This document shows positions 51,780 through 64,000 of a DNA stretch of 64,000 nucleotides, one piece after another (positions within the stretch are counted from its first letter, which is position 1; each line of letters starts with the position of its first letter). The translations under genes were made by a program, and so were the position numbers. A model generated the notes under the pieces. The model was not told the origin of the DNA. It ran no database searches and was given only the letters and a program-made list of their open reading frames with translations. Source of the DNA: the human T2T-CHM13v2.0 reference genome, Homo sapiens. The stretch is taken from NCBI RefSeq assembly GCF_009914755.1, contig NC_060926.1, one strand, 5' to 3'.

Positions 51780-52035
51780 TTCGCCGCGGCGCTGTCCTGT
51801 CTCAGCTCCTCCTGACTCAGCTGAAGGGGGCTGGTGAATAATGCATCACCTAGGGAGAGGCGCTGGGGCTGCGGGGCACAGCTGAGCGTGTGCAGAGGGA
51901 GCCCCTCAGGCTTTCTCTCTGTCTGCCTCCATCTTACCGTATCCAGAGACCACACTAAAATGGTGGCTGACGTGGAGACAGAGGAAGCTCCTTTCTAGTT
52001 ATGGCCACAAGGCAGGATGCTGAGGTGTTGTCTAG
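51780..52035 (+). other. Candidate first exon (5' end uncertain) ending at donor TAG|GTAAGA
   Basis: Strong donor, GT at 52036-52037, at the edge of the CpG-rich block; GC content falls downstream. Confidence 0.55.
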
Positions 52036-52639
52036 GTAAGAAGCAAATCTTAACCTTGGGTCTCCTTTCTGCACATGCAATCCTGTATGGTGATGTCTCT
52101 GACGTTCAGGGAGCTAAGTCACAATGCTTTTATGTTTTCAGTGTATTTTATTTATTATTTTATTTTACCTGCACAGCTTCACCCCTAAAGAGTGCCAGGA
52201 AATAACCCTTTCTGTCTGCTTTTCTTTTTATAAAAGAATCACATTGCCTTTGCCTCGTAGGCTCAGTTGGATCTCCAAGTGGCGGTACCGTTCTCTCCAC
52301 TTCAAAAATACACAGAAACATGTGGAAATGTTCTGTCATCCAGAATGAAAAGCATGTGCACCAAATTTTCACAGACCTGATTCGAATGTAGATAAAAGTG
52401 CAAAATCCAGAGGAGGGAACACGCTATAGAAATCCTGTCTTCTATACTATAATTTAATCATCGTGTGCCACAGAATGTCTTTGCATAAATTACAACCACA
52501 ATAATAGCATCACTTTCACAAAAGGTGGCCTCTAATCGATTTGACTCTCCAAGAGATGGCTGGGTTTTTCAAAGCAGAGAAATGATGACCTGCAGTCTTA
52601 AAGAGCTGTTGATTGCACCTGGGGCTCCCGTGGCCGGCG

Positions 52640-52820
52640 CCCATCGAGCAGCCCATCCTGGCTGTTCCCTTGTTCAGCTGATTTTCTTTTTTATCTTGAC
52701 ATTTGCTAACCGCTTGGTTTTTATTTTCCGGGAAGAGAGGATTATTGGCAACTGGCACCACCCCCATGTCTGGAGGAGGGACGTTTCTAGGATGACCCCC
52801 AGAGTGGAGAAATAGCCGAG
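52640..52820 (+). other. Candidate second/alternative non-coding exon (5' end uncertain) ending at donor GAG|GTAACC
   Basis: Donor GT at 52821-52822 after a CpG cluster (GGCCGGCGCC); both ATGs upstream close before the donor. Confidence 0.35.
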
Positions 52821-55800
52821 GTAACCTTTTTGCTATAAATTTCTTCCCCTGCCTCCGTCTTCTGTTCCTTTCCTTCCCCCCATCCCTTGAACAAACATGA
52901 TTTTTAAATTCCCCTCATCATTTTTAGTGCTTTGGAGTCTTCTCAGATGTGGACGAAAACAGTTCGTGAGCTGCGCTGAGCAGTTCCGGAGCCCTGGCTC
53001 CCTTTCCCCGGGGCCTAAGCCCCCAAGAAGAGAGTCTTTTTCAGGACCATGGGAGCAGGTTTTAAAAGGCTTTCTATTGAAGCGAGGCCGTCAGCCAGCC
53101 GTGCGTGTCCGCATTGTGGTGGTCCCAGAGCCTTATGGACAATCCTTTGAAAGAATAGGGTTGGGAAGATTCTCAGGACAGAAGCGGCTAATTTCCATCC
53201 TTGGAGCTTTATCTCACAAAGGATATTTGATAGAAAGAAAAAATGGAGTCTGTGGAAGCTTTGCTCCTATTTCCAAATGGGTTGACTCTGGATGCAAAGG
53301 AATATTTTCACATTTTTCCCAACAGAGGAAAGCTTTTAGTGCCAAAATCCTCAAAGGAGAATGAACATCACACATTACACATGTATGTATAAGGGTAGAA
53401 TAATATGGTACAAAATCCAGTGAGTACAAGCACACAATGGGCATTCAGTACAGGTTAAATGAATATGCAAGAAAAATTCAAAGTTGTTGTTGCTGTTTAT
53501 AAGGGTGGTGATTATTAATAGATGCAAATGTATACTCCCTTTTGTAATCACAGCAAGGTAAAAGTCTTATCTCTGATCATTACCATGAGGACACTTAAAT
53601 ATTTAGCCCTGGGGACAAAATGGTTTGTAGGCAGGACGTCCTGTGTGTTTATGCACACATAAAATGCCGCCCTGGCCCCAGGACTGCAAGGCCTCTGACT
53701 GCATCATTTACATTCAGGGGTGGTCCTGATCAACATGGCCCCATAGAATAATAGAGGGAATTTCAGATAGTACAGCGTTAGATAATAAGCGCTTTCCACT
53801 GACTCTGTTTACATGTGGAAATTAGAAGCGCTGAGTGAAAAAGAGTAGTGAAAATAAAGACAGGAAGTATATACACAACAAACAATTTTTCCTCTCTGCA
53901 AATCGGATTATTCCCTTGCGCACCCCCTGCAACCCCCATCTATGATGTCAAACTCAATGGACTGTTGAACTAATAGCCTGGGAGTCACCAGCGTGAGAGT
54001 GTGTATGTCCACGCTGTGCAACTTGAATTAGGCTGGCCACCACGGCTGTGTACAGCTACCCCAGGAAGAGCCCCTCCCCTCCTCAGCATTTCAGTGGAAA
54101 ACGTGCTGACTGGGACCCAGCTACAGGAATCACATTTGGGCAGAGAGAATGGCTTATCCTTTTCATGAGGGGTCTTGACTCAAGAACACTTGCCAATTCT
54201 GCTTGACCGTTTCCCATTCTTTACGGTTTTTCCTATCACTCCTTAGACTAAGAAAGAAAAATCTGTAGGAATGATTCGGTGGGATTTCTCTTTTGTTCCT
54301 AAATAAACCTTATCCCTGGATGAGCTCGTTCACACTAGGGAAGTTACTACCACTGACTTTGAAGCCAGGCAGATCTGGGTGTTCCTTCCCATGTCTTTAT
54401 TTGCTTTGTGGGGGATCTTTTCCCAGCTTTTCTGCTTTCATCCTTCTTAGTGAGAGCTTCTTCAGCTGCAGAACAGGGGCAATAATGCCTACCTTGCTGG
54501 GTTGCAGCAGAGAATGCTGCTTATGCAGGAAAATAAAAAAACACATAGCACACAATGGGAGCTTAATACATAAGAATTATAAACAGTCTTTTGTGTATAT
54601 ATCAATGTATTTCATGTCCTTAATGTTTATTTAAAGCAAGTACATTCTTTTGAATTAAGCATAAAAAGGTCATAAAATGCCAGAGATGTGCTTATTTGAA
54701 ATGTTTGCAATGCTTTGCAATTGTTTTAAAATAAGGAGATGATATAACAGGGTGTTAGCTCCGCCACTAATTAGTTACGTAATCTTAGATTATGTCACTT
54801 CCCTGGGTCTCAGTTGTAAACAGTTGCTTAATAAATAATGTTTGTTTTGCTGTCATCAATAATCCAGAATTAGGCAGTGAAATATGGAAGCTACATTGGT
54901 AGGAGCTTCTGTGATGGTCAGGTCCTGGAGGAAAGTGTGAGTTGGAACCTCCACCTTCCTCCCTACCAACGCCCTCCAGAAACACTGCTCACTGGATGCA
55001 GGGGCGCTTCTCCTGTTTCTAGTTCACTTGGTCTAGAGGCCAGCCAGGTAGGAGTCATCCTGTTCTTGGAGGCAATGTGGCCCAGACCCAGGCTCTAGCA
55101 GCAGGTCTGACTGCAGCACTTTCTCCCTCGGGGTGGCTCCCAGTCCCAGTGTGGTGGGCCCACCCTTCCTTACCACCAGGCGCCTCTCCTGGAAGCTGCG
55201 AAAACCTTCCCCCCTTTCAGGCACTGGGAATCAGCATTCTTTGGCGTATGCCTGGATTTGCCCCAGAATTATCCTGCAAAGTCTCTCCCCTCCTGACCTC
55301 AAATGTTCCTGTCCCTACAACCAGACGGTAGACCCCAGGGCCTCCGGGGCTCCTTCCAGTGCCTCCTTGTCATCTTTTGAATCACAGCTCATGAGGCAAC
55401 CCACACAGGCAGGCTGGAGAGGAGTGGCAAGAAGCTCACCTTCGGACAGTAGTGAGCAGAGCAACAGAGGCCCCCAGAGACTTCGCACAACGGAAAAGAG
55501 ATCAACTCCCGCATTTGCAGGGGACGTGAAAGTGCAATACTGTGAGGAACAAAAGGAAGCCTCATCTCTGGAAGCCGGGAGGAAAAACAGTCGGTGTAGA
55601 CAGCAGCGGCAGGGACCAGAGCTGACCAGAAGGCTGGGTCCCAGCAACAATTAGAGACAGGCAGCAGCTGAGGCCCCTTCTCTGAGAACCATTTCAATTG
55701 CACAGTGGCCACAGAAGGCTCCATTGGCCCGGCAGCCAGCTCTGCAGAGCCATTTGTCCACAAGGAAAATAATAGCCCCGGCCTCATTGCTTTGGGCTGC

Positions 55801-57814
55801 AGGGAGGACAATGACCCACCATGAAAAGAGTTAAAAAGATTCTGGGGAAGGGGAAAGGCAGGCCCACACGGTGGCAATTCAAGATCTTTTGGATGCCGTG
55901 AGCGTGTTCTTTAATTAAGCCCCTCTTCTTCAGCTCATCCTGCAGAAACGCACCTGCTTCCCATCTGCCATCCAAAACGGCAAGCACAAGAATGACTTCA
56001 CACTGTCACTTTCAGAGTTCCGCTGTGGCCCACAGTGATTTTTCAAGAAAGGCAGCCACAGACTCGCTCGCGCTTTCTCTTTCTCCTTTCCTCTGAAAGA
56101 CTCTATAAAAACCACATTAAAAAGTGTGTGAGCCAAGCAATTTCATTTATCAAAGGAAGAAGGTCATCCATAGCATTCATTCTAAGAATATCAGGCACAC
56201 GGCCAGCCCTGGACACAAGGCATGAAGACCAGAGGGCCCTTTATTGACCTAATCTCTATTTTGTCGCCAAACTGCATCTGTGTCTGAAAGCTGGGACACA
56301 CAATATTTCCCTCTACCAAAATAATTTTATTTTCTGCAGCAGCATGTAACAAACAATTAATGGTGGTAACATGGGCTTCTGTCATTTTCTGAACAACCCA
56401 GTTCTGTTTGGTGTTACTGCAGTGGTTGTTATTTTGGGTGGTTCTGTGCTTATTCCATTCTGCCAATTGGTCCCATTCGCATGGGCGTGAGCCCGTGCCG
56501 TCATCTACCACCTTGGAATCCATGTTATTGCCAGAACTGTGTGGGGCCTTGCTTGAGGGCCTGTCCCCTGTCCTCTTCACAGATGTTTCTGTGCCTTCAG
56601 GGAGAGGACTGATTGTGCTGTCTCCCTCTCCCACCCGTGTCTGCTGTCTCCAAAACTAAGGGAGGCTGCGGTGAAACCAGCCTGGCCCAGGTTCCTCTGG
56701 TGCCTGCCGTGGCTCAAATTATCCAAACTACAGTGGCTGATTCCCAGCGACCCATCCCTTAGTGCCCTTGTGCCCCGTTGAAGAAGTGGCCCATGTTATG
56801 AATAGGGAAGCTAAGGTCATTAAGAATTTGTGCAGGCGTACAAAGAAAGTGCAAGTCAGAGATCCTTGTCTCAGCTACTTTGCTTGAAAAATGACTCCAT
56901 GCTCTGAGATGCTATAAATGGAGCAAACAGTGTGAAGTGGTTCTCCCCCTCCAAGAAACTGCCCCCTGATGCGTTCCCCCATTAGACACCTGCTCCTCCA
57001 AGCCTGGTCTTCTCTCTGCAACCACTTCCCCTATGCCTCCCCCCACCCACCATGCATGACTCCTTGTCACACACATGATCTCTGGTCCTACCTTGCACTT
57101 GGTGCTGGGGGCTGTGATTCCCTCTGCCTCTGTCTCCCCACATCGTCCCTGACATCACCTTTCACCGTGCACTGGTCTCGCTTCCTCGGGAACTCTATGA
57201 ATGGCCTTGTTCTCTGATTATTTGATTATTCCATTATCAACCCAAAGCTCACTGGGTCTATGGGGCTGAGAGGTCGTTTTTATTACATCATTTTAATTAT
57301 TCAGATAAAAGACTCGCAGGCACAGATTTATCACCACTGCCTAAAGAAAAGCAGAGACACACATAATTCCATTTTGAAAATCCATTCTTAAAAGCAAAAA
57401 TATGATTCAGTTGAAGGTATTCAGAAAAAAAAATGCTCATTGAAAAACCCTGATGATTTTTAGCATTTCAAATAAATTGTGTACAGTTACGGTCATTTGT
57501 TAACTATTTTGGAGACTGCGAGCTGATCATTATCTCTCTTTTTCAGATAACAAAATGTATCTACCTTCTCCCAGAGTGTAAACTAATCTGGTGGCTGGAA
57601 AAAGCAAACAAACAAACAAAGATCTGTTAAGAAAGATCTGATTTTTCAAATGGCGCATACCATTCCTTGAAACAGAGGTGATGAATAGGTAGAGACAAAA
57701 GCATCAAACATCCAGGCAGGACCTGTTTATCTCTGGGCAGAAATCTGTTCAATTCCATGATAAAACAAGGTTTGAAGTCAGGGATTCAATTTCACAAACT
57801 AAACAGACGTGTGC

Positions 57815-58156
57815 ACACACATGTGCACACTGTGCATGTCCCAGTGCACACACGCAGAACCCATTTCGTAGGGACACACATGTGCACACTGCATGCCCCA
57901 GTGCACACACGCACAACCCATTTCGTAGGGACACACATGTGCACACTGCATGCCCCAGTGCACACACACACAACCCATTTCATAGGGACACACGTGCACA
58001 CTGCATGCCCCAGTGCACACACGCACAACCCATTTCGTAGGGACACACATGTGCACACTGCATGCCCCAGTGCACACACGCACAACCCATTTCGTAGGGA
58101 CACACATGTGCACACTGCATGCCCCAATGCACAGACACACAACCGATTTTGTAGGG
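57815..58156. repeat. 57-bp VNTR, 6 copies
   Basis: Unit ACACACATGTGCACACTGCATGCCCCAGTGCACACACGCACAACCCATTTCGTAGGG; copy lengths 59, 57, 57, 55, 57, 57. Confidence 0.98.
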
Positions 58157-58536
58157 TCCTAGCAGAATTTTCTCTGTAGGAAAAGCACTCAATCTTGCTG
58201 ATTTGTGGCTGTTTCTCCGGTTTGCATCAGGTTGGGCCTCATGACACAGGACTGGCCTAAGCATTAGGTCAGAGCTGGAATATGCCAAGTCTTCCCCATC
58301 CCTTCTCCATTCCCAGGGCTGAGTAGTGGTTAGAAGGGCGAGCACAACACACCCAGACACTTATCCCCTCTATGTCTTCTGCCTTCCTCTTTCCCCTGTA
58401 GGTGTTTCTTCTTAGAGTAGCTTTTTAATCATGCTCACTGGTTGTCTGCTTCTTAAGACTGGCCATGTTTCACAATTCTTCCAATTGCATTACTTCCCCC
58501 AAGGCTCTCCCTTTTCCTGGATATCTCATTGACACC

Positions 58537-58992
58537 TGTATTAGAGTTTTCCAGAGAAACAGGACCAATAGCATATATAGGAATATGCAGAAAGATATTT
58601 ATGATGAGAGATTGGCTCAAGTAATGGTGGAGACAGAGAAGTCCCACCGTCTGCCACCTGAGAGCTAGAGGCCCAGCAAAGCTGGTGGTGGTGTTCCAGT
58701 CCAGGCCCAAAGGCCTGAGAACCAGGATCACTGACATGCAAGGACAGATGAAGATGGATGTCTCAGGTCAAGCAGAGAGGAAATTCACCCATCCTCTACC
58801 TTTTTGTTCTATTCAAGCACTTAACAGATTGCATGGTGCCCATCCACATTGGTGAGGGTGATCTTCTTTGCTCAGCTTACTGAATCAAATGCCAAACTCT
58901 TCCAGAAGGACCTTCACAGGTATGCTCAGTAGGAAAGTTTTACCAGGTATCTGGGCATCCCTAAGACCAGTCACATCAACTAAACCATCACA
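58537..58992 (-). mobile_element. MLT2B-like (ERVL) solo LTR
   Basis: TGTATTAG...AACCATCACA termini; perfect 5-bp TSD ACACC. Confidence 0.93.
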
Positions 58993-59329
58993 ACACCTAA
59001 GACTTGAATTTCCAATTGTCTTCTGGTGTTTGTAAAACACTGTTAGGGAGCTCATCCCTCTCTGTTGAATCCTGGACAGTTTCAAAGCCTGCTGGTCAGC
59101 TCTGTCCCATTCTGCAGGCATCACGACCTCCAACCATCCAAATAAAGTAAGTGTCCTTGCTTGCTCTACTTCTGATCTGTCCTTCACATCCTGCGTCTTC
59201 TCCAAATTACCTATGTGTAATCTATGGCATTCTCACAATTAGCCCAAACTGGCGATCCAGTCCCTACACACACACACACAAACACAGACCCTAAATTCCC
59301 TTAATCTGTTTACTGAATCTGCTTCTTCT

Positions 59330-59720
59330 TCTGCTGAAACATTTCTGGAATCCCCCTTTCCTCTCATGCACCGCCATTGCCCAAGTTTAGGTATTCATCA
59401 ATTCTTGCCAATGTGATTTCTAATGCACCTAATGGGTTTCTTATATCCAGGTACCCCCTTACTCTCCAGTCTGTCTTCCACTCTGCCCCTAGACTTGTTT
59501 TTCATATATAAAGCTCTTATTTTCCAGCACATATAAAATAAGCTTCTTAGCAGGGCACTCGAGGCTTTGCAAATGTGCTGTCAACCACTCCATGCACCTG
59601 TGCAGATTCCTAGTCGCTATTCCCCTCTCTTCAACACTCATGGCCCATCCCCAAGAGGCTGCCTTCAGGCCTTTTCATCTTTGCACATGTCCCTCCACTA
59701 GGAATGCCTTTCCTCTCCCA
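59330..59720 (+). mobile_element. L2 fragment
   Basis: CTCCAGTCTGTCTTCCAC...CTTTGCACATGTCCCTCCACTAGGAATGCCTTTCC. Confidence 0.6.
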
Positions 59721-62218
59721 GGCTTGGCAAAGTACATTTTCAAGGCCTCTTGTAGTGCTGTGCGCTGTATGCTGCAGGTGATATGCCCCATGCTTCAGGC
59801 AGTTTGGTCTTGTAAGTGCAAGTAAGGGGCTTATCACAAGCCCTCTCACTTGCCTTGAACTCGGGATGTCTGACCCTTTCTCATGTGTAGCTTGGTGCAG
59901 GCTCAGAGTAGAATGAGGTAGGTGGGCAGTGCTGAACATGGAGATGGTTCTGGGGAGCTTCTGTGTGACTAATATCGCAAGGCCTCAGATAAAGCCCCCT
60001 GCAACCTCTCCTTTCCCTAACTGGTCTGAGCCAGGGGAAATGGCATCCTTGCCGTCATCACTACCATGCTGTGTTCCTATTTGCTCCAAGGACACAATCA
60101 GCATCATTACCCCATTCTCCTCAAAGCACATTCCATTCATTTTCTTCTTCAAGGCAGTGTTTTTTATCCCCATTCCACAAATGAGGAGATGAAGATTCAG
60201 ACAGAGCAAGAAATTTTTCAAGGTAGCGATTCACCCTCTGATTCTCTGGACTAGAGTCATCCTGTGGAAGCTCTGCCTCCCTCCTCTGGTCTCTCTCTTT
60301 CCCGCATCCACTTTCCTCAAACACGTGTCACCTCTGTTTCATTCTCTGGCCACCTACCCCCACCATCCTTTCTTGGCTCAGATCTGAAGTACTCCAGACT
60401 ACCAGATTACGTAAAAATTCAAAGGCATGAGAAAATGGCAAGCATGGAAACAAATTCTTGGTAGAGATGAGTGGCAACCTCAAAAAGAAGCCTCCTCTCC
60501 CCATAAATTCCTCAGTGCCCCATCAATCTCCATCAATCCATACAAGACCAGCCTCACTCTGACCACCCGGGTCTTCCACATACTATTGTTTTCTGCATCT
60601 TGAACAAAATAATGGATTGTAGTTGATATTCTCCAGGGGATTTGACTACCCTCACATAAAATCTCTAGTTAAAAAGAGCTGATTTAAGTCATACATACAA
60701 AAACAGCATGATAGCATGCAATGTTTATCAAACCTGAGTGGAAAAGGATTGCCTGGAAGGCTTTTTGAAAATTGTATCCATTCTCATCTCTACTGATGGT
60801 GCCTGAGTAGGTCTGGGCAGAATTCTTGGAGTGTCAGGGGATTCCTGAAGGAGGTCAACAGGAATCTCACTGGCGAAAGAAGAACTGACTTTGGATTTAG
60901 ACAGACCTTGGTTCAGACCTTACCTTTGCCATATGCAAACATTAGAATTTTGAAAGAATTGCTCATTTTAATTTGACTTTTCATTTCATTTTGAAAATAA
61001 AAACTTCCCTTTTCATTTTATTTTGACTTTCAGTTTTTTCTCTTAGAAAACAAATCAAAATGAAACCTACCTCAAGGCATTGTTGCCAGACCCAAATAAA
61101 ATCAATTACATTTCATGAAATAAAATAATCATCCTATGTTGGTTTTCAAATAAATGGAAAGTTGCTTTTTTCACGTCAGAGTGAATATTTTATAAAAGTA
61201 TAATTACACATAAAGGAAAATATAATACATTGAGAAAGTGGTTGTTTTATTTAGTTTGAGAATTACATGCTATTAATGTATTTGTATCATTAGAAATTTT
61301 GCAGAGATCCCTACAGAAAATAATTATAACAATTTCCTTTTATTTCAACTTCGACAATGTGGTAGCAGGTATCCTGAAGGTGCTGCCTCTGACACCTCCT
61401 GGAAATTCTGTGTGCATGACTAGAAGCATTATTTGAATGCTTGGCTGAGTTCCGGAGAGGGACTCTGAGCAGCCAGAGGGAAGAACAAAGTGTCGGGAGA
61501 TACTGGGAGGACACAGGAATGCAGGGGACAGGAATGCTTTTCCAATTTGTGCATTGGGGAATTGGGGGCAATCACCACAGGAGACAAAAGTTGGGTGCTT
61601 GAATCCTTGGGTCAGAAATCAAAACTTACTCCCACCTTCTGCTCCACCTACCCAACTAAGCCTGGCCCTGGCTGGGCTACACCCTCACTGAAAAGTATGC
61701 AAGAAAAAAACCTGCCTACTAGCTCAGAGGGCTGGAATGAATCCCAGGCTGTGTCTACGTGGGTGTCAGCGGGGATTGAGTAAAATACAGGCGGCGGGAA
61801 CTTCCCTGAACATTTGTTACCATGGACCTAACTCATAAAGGATTAGGACTGGAACTGAGATTATCAAGGTTGTGAACCTCTGGCGCACCTGCTGGAAACA
61901 CATGCAAACCACTCCTGAAAAATGAACTCCCTGGCATCCCCACACCCCAAATTCATGTGGAACAAGTATGCTTAAAATGCTTAAAGACGTTTTAAAAAGG
62001 AAACGTAGTTGTCAGAAAAGACAAAGGATGCTTCAAAATACAAGATAGATTTTAGAAAAAAATCAAATGGAACCCTTTAAAAATGTAATCGTTGAAATTG
62101 GGATAATTCAAATGAGAGGAACAGCACATATGATGCCCATGAAAAAAAGAATTAATGGGTGGTAGAATAGATTAGAATAATTTATCCCATATTGAACAAA
62201 AAGAGATACAGAGATTTT

Positions 62219-62291
62219 ACCTCATAGTTTACCTGTTAGAAACCTCATAGTTTACCTGTTAGAAACCTCATAGGTTACCTGTTATAAACCT
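62219..62291. repeat. 23-bp tandem repeat x3.2
   Basis: ACCTCATAGTTTACCTGTTAGAA twice perfect, third copy with 2 mismatches. Confidence 0.97.
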
Positions 62292-62504
62292 ACCTCTAAT
62301 TAGAGGACCAAAGAAAGAAAACAGAAAAAAGTGGAAGAGAACCAATATTCATAGAAATAATAAATATTTTTTCCCACAACTTATGAAAGAATGGAGTCTG
62401 GAGAATCAGGAATCTTAGTAAGTCCTAAGAAAAATAAGTCCTATTGAGTACATACCTAAACTCATTACAGTGAAATTACATGCTACCCAATACAAGACAT
62501 GATT

Positions 62505-62506
<2 letters not shown>

Positions 62507-62552
<46 letters not shown>
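62507..62552. repeat. (AC)23 microsatellite
   Basis: Perfect run. Confidence 0.98.
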
Positions 62553-62555
<3 letters not shown>

Positions 62556-63391
62556 GAGATAAAACAGACTCCCAATAAAGAAAAACAAATTAGTCTGATA
62601 GCAGACTTCTCAACAGTCATCAGGGAGGCTGGGGTTTACCTTGACTGCTTAAATTAAAGTCCATTCCCAAGGACATCTCAAATGGCCAAGTAACCAGTCC
62701 CTGCTTGTTTATAGAGTGTGGAAGTTGTTTAGATTTGCTATGGACCACCTCTCTACCTCCACCTCACTGAGCTCTGAGGCAAATGGATTCCCCTATTGTA
62801 AACTAGGAATGAGTGTCTGAAAGAAGCCTTTTCTGATTCCCTGTAAAAGTTCATTCATCAGGAGGAAGGGGAGTCATTCCAGCCTTCACTGCCTGTGGAC
62901 GGCAACAACTTCACTGTGGAAGACGCCAGTAGGTAAGAAGTTGCTCATGGAGCCCATATGAATAAAGACAACATTGAACCTGACTCCTTGGCTGCCTGTC
63001 TCCTTCCCCTTTCTACAGGAGAAGTAAAGGCATCTTTTAAGGACAAAGATGACAGTCTTTGTGCCTGGCTGAGTCCTTGCTTAGAGACACACAGAATAAT
63101 AGAATAAACTTGGAAGGATAGTAAATTGATATGTTTTTATTTGCCCCTGAAATTATGTTCCTTTCTAGCCTGTTCCTCCCAAGAATGAGCCACAGAGGGT
63201 GTTGCCCACAGCAGGAGGGAGTCGATTCTCATCTGAGAACAAAGTGTCTTGATGAATTCTATATTTTAAAGGTGGATTTTCTTGATCTCCTTAGTCAGAC
63301 TTAGTTTTGAAAGTCAAACTTTGTAGAGAGAGAAGAGATTTAGAAATTTTAAATCACCCTTTCTGAATGCCAAGGCTTTGGCCATATAATT

Positions 63392-63698
63392 ATTGATGGA
63401 TTGATTGATTGATTGATTGAAATGAAGTTTCACTCTTGTTGCCCAGGCTGGAGTGCAGTGGTGCAATCTTGGCTCACCGCAACCTCTGCCTCCTGGGTTC
63501 AAGCAATTCTCTTGCCTCAGCCTCCCGTTTCTGGGATTACAAGCATGTGCCACCATGCCCGGCTAATTTTGCATTTTTGGTAGAGATGAGGTTTCTCCAT
63601 GTTGGTCAGGCTGGTCTCGAACACCCGACCTCAGGTGATCTGCCCACCTCGGCCTCCCAAAATGCTGGGATTACAGGCATGAGCCACCGCACCCGGCT
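63392..63698 (-). mobile_element. AluSp-like with (AATC)n tail
   Basis: Antisense Alu with CCCGACCTCAGG and CACTCTTGTTGCCC diagnostics; tail reads (GATT)n on the + strand. Confidence 0.95.
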
Positions 63699-64000
63699 GG
63701 GCCGTATCAATTTAATTATGATCATGGTGTTAGTGTTTTCCACAGAGAGTCTCCTGAGAGTAGAGAGAGGGAGAGTGAGAGAGAGGTTGAGGCTGAGGTC
63801 TGTTAGAGCCTTGGACTTGTACTGGCAAAGTGGAAACCCCAGAAGAGAAGGAGAGGAGGTATAAGGTTCTGGGTGTGGAGGGTGGAGAAATGTTCGGTGG
63901 GCTGGTGTCACATAGCTTTTTCCATAGCTACTTTATTGTATCATTGCTTTAACATTGCTTTCTCAGAACTACTCTGATCATCTGACTCTCAATATACCCT

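Larger units (their letters stand above)
50430..53400 (+). promoter_or_regulatory. CpG-enriched promoter-like region
   Basis: No interspersed repeat recognised; highest CpG density in the window (e.g. TCGCCGCGGCGC at 51781); TATATAA 51076-51082; AP-1 TGACTCA 51813-51819; CRE half-sites near 51968 and 52080; STAT site TTCCGGGAA 52726-52734. Confidence 0.7.
61900..62620 (+). mobile_element. Ancient L1M ORF1-region remnant
   Basis: A-rich sequence ending AAATTAGTCTGATAGCAGACTTCTCAACAG (IRL.ADFS-like ORF1 motif). Confidence 0.6.

Noticed and set aside
55133-55877. Overlapping 173-aa and 162-aa ORFs
   Set aside because: Non-ATG starts, no family resemblance, and expected by chance in GC-richer sequence
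57815-58156. CRISPR-like array
   Set aside because: Head-to-tail units with no unique spacers, eukaryotic context and no cas genes
57749-58360. Cys/His-rich metallothionein- or zinc-finger-looking ORFs
   Set aside because: Artefact of a CA/TG-rich 57-bp repeat (a multiple of 3) that is open in several frames on both strands

Overview
Primate, human-like genomic DNA (AluJ/S, L1M/L1PB, THE1, MLT, MIR, L2 and MER elements). I found no credible host protein-coding exon: the supplied ORFs are chance frames, Alu or tandem-repeat translations, or decayed L1 ORF1/ORF2 pieces. The centre (24.2-37.9 kb) is a nested stack: an L1MC 3'UTR split by an L1MA, which holds an L1PB 5' half, two THE1 solo LTRs, a complete THE1 element and an Alu. 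The clearest functional signal is a CpG-enriched, promoter-like block at about 50.4-53.4 kb with a TATA box, AP-1/CRE/STAT motifs and two + strand splice donors. A similar first-exon-like block lies at about 2.5-2.9 kb. Together they suggest the 5' region of a + strand gene or lncRNA with alternative non-coding first exons, which I cannot name. Notable structures are an Alu-born 19-bp minisatellite with higher-order pattern, a 57-bp VNTR rich in MRE/RBFOX/E-box motifs, a recursive-splice-like AG|GTAAGT site and a twin-primed ancient L1. I do not see evidence for a genuinely new biological system. Repeat subfamily names come from recalled consensus features, not a database search, and boundaries of old repeats are approximate.
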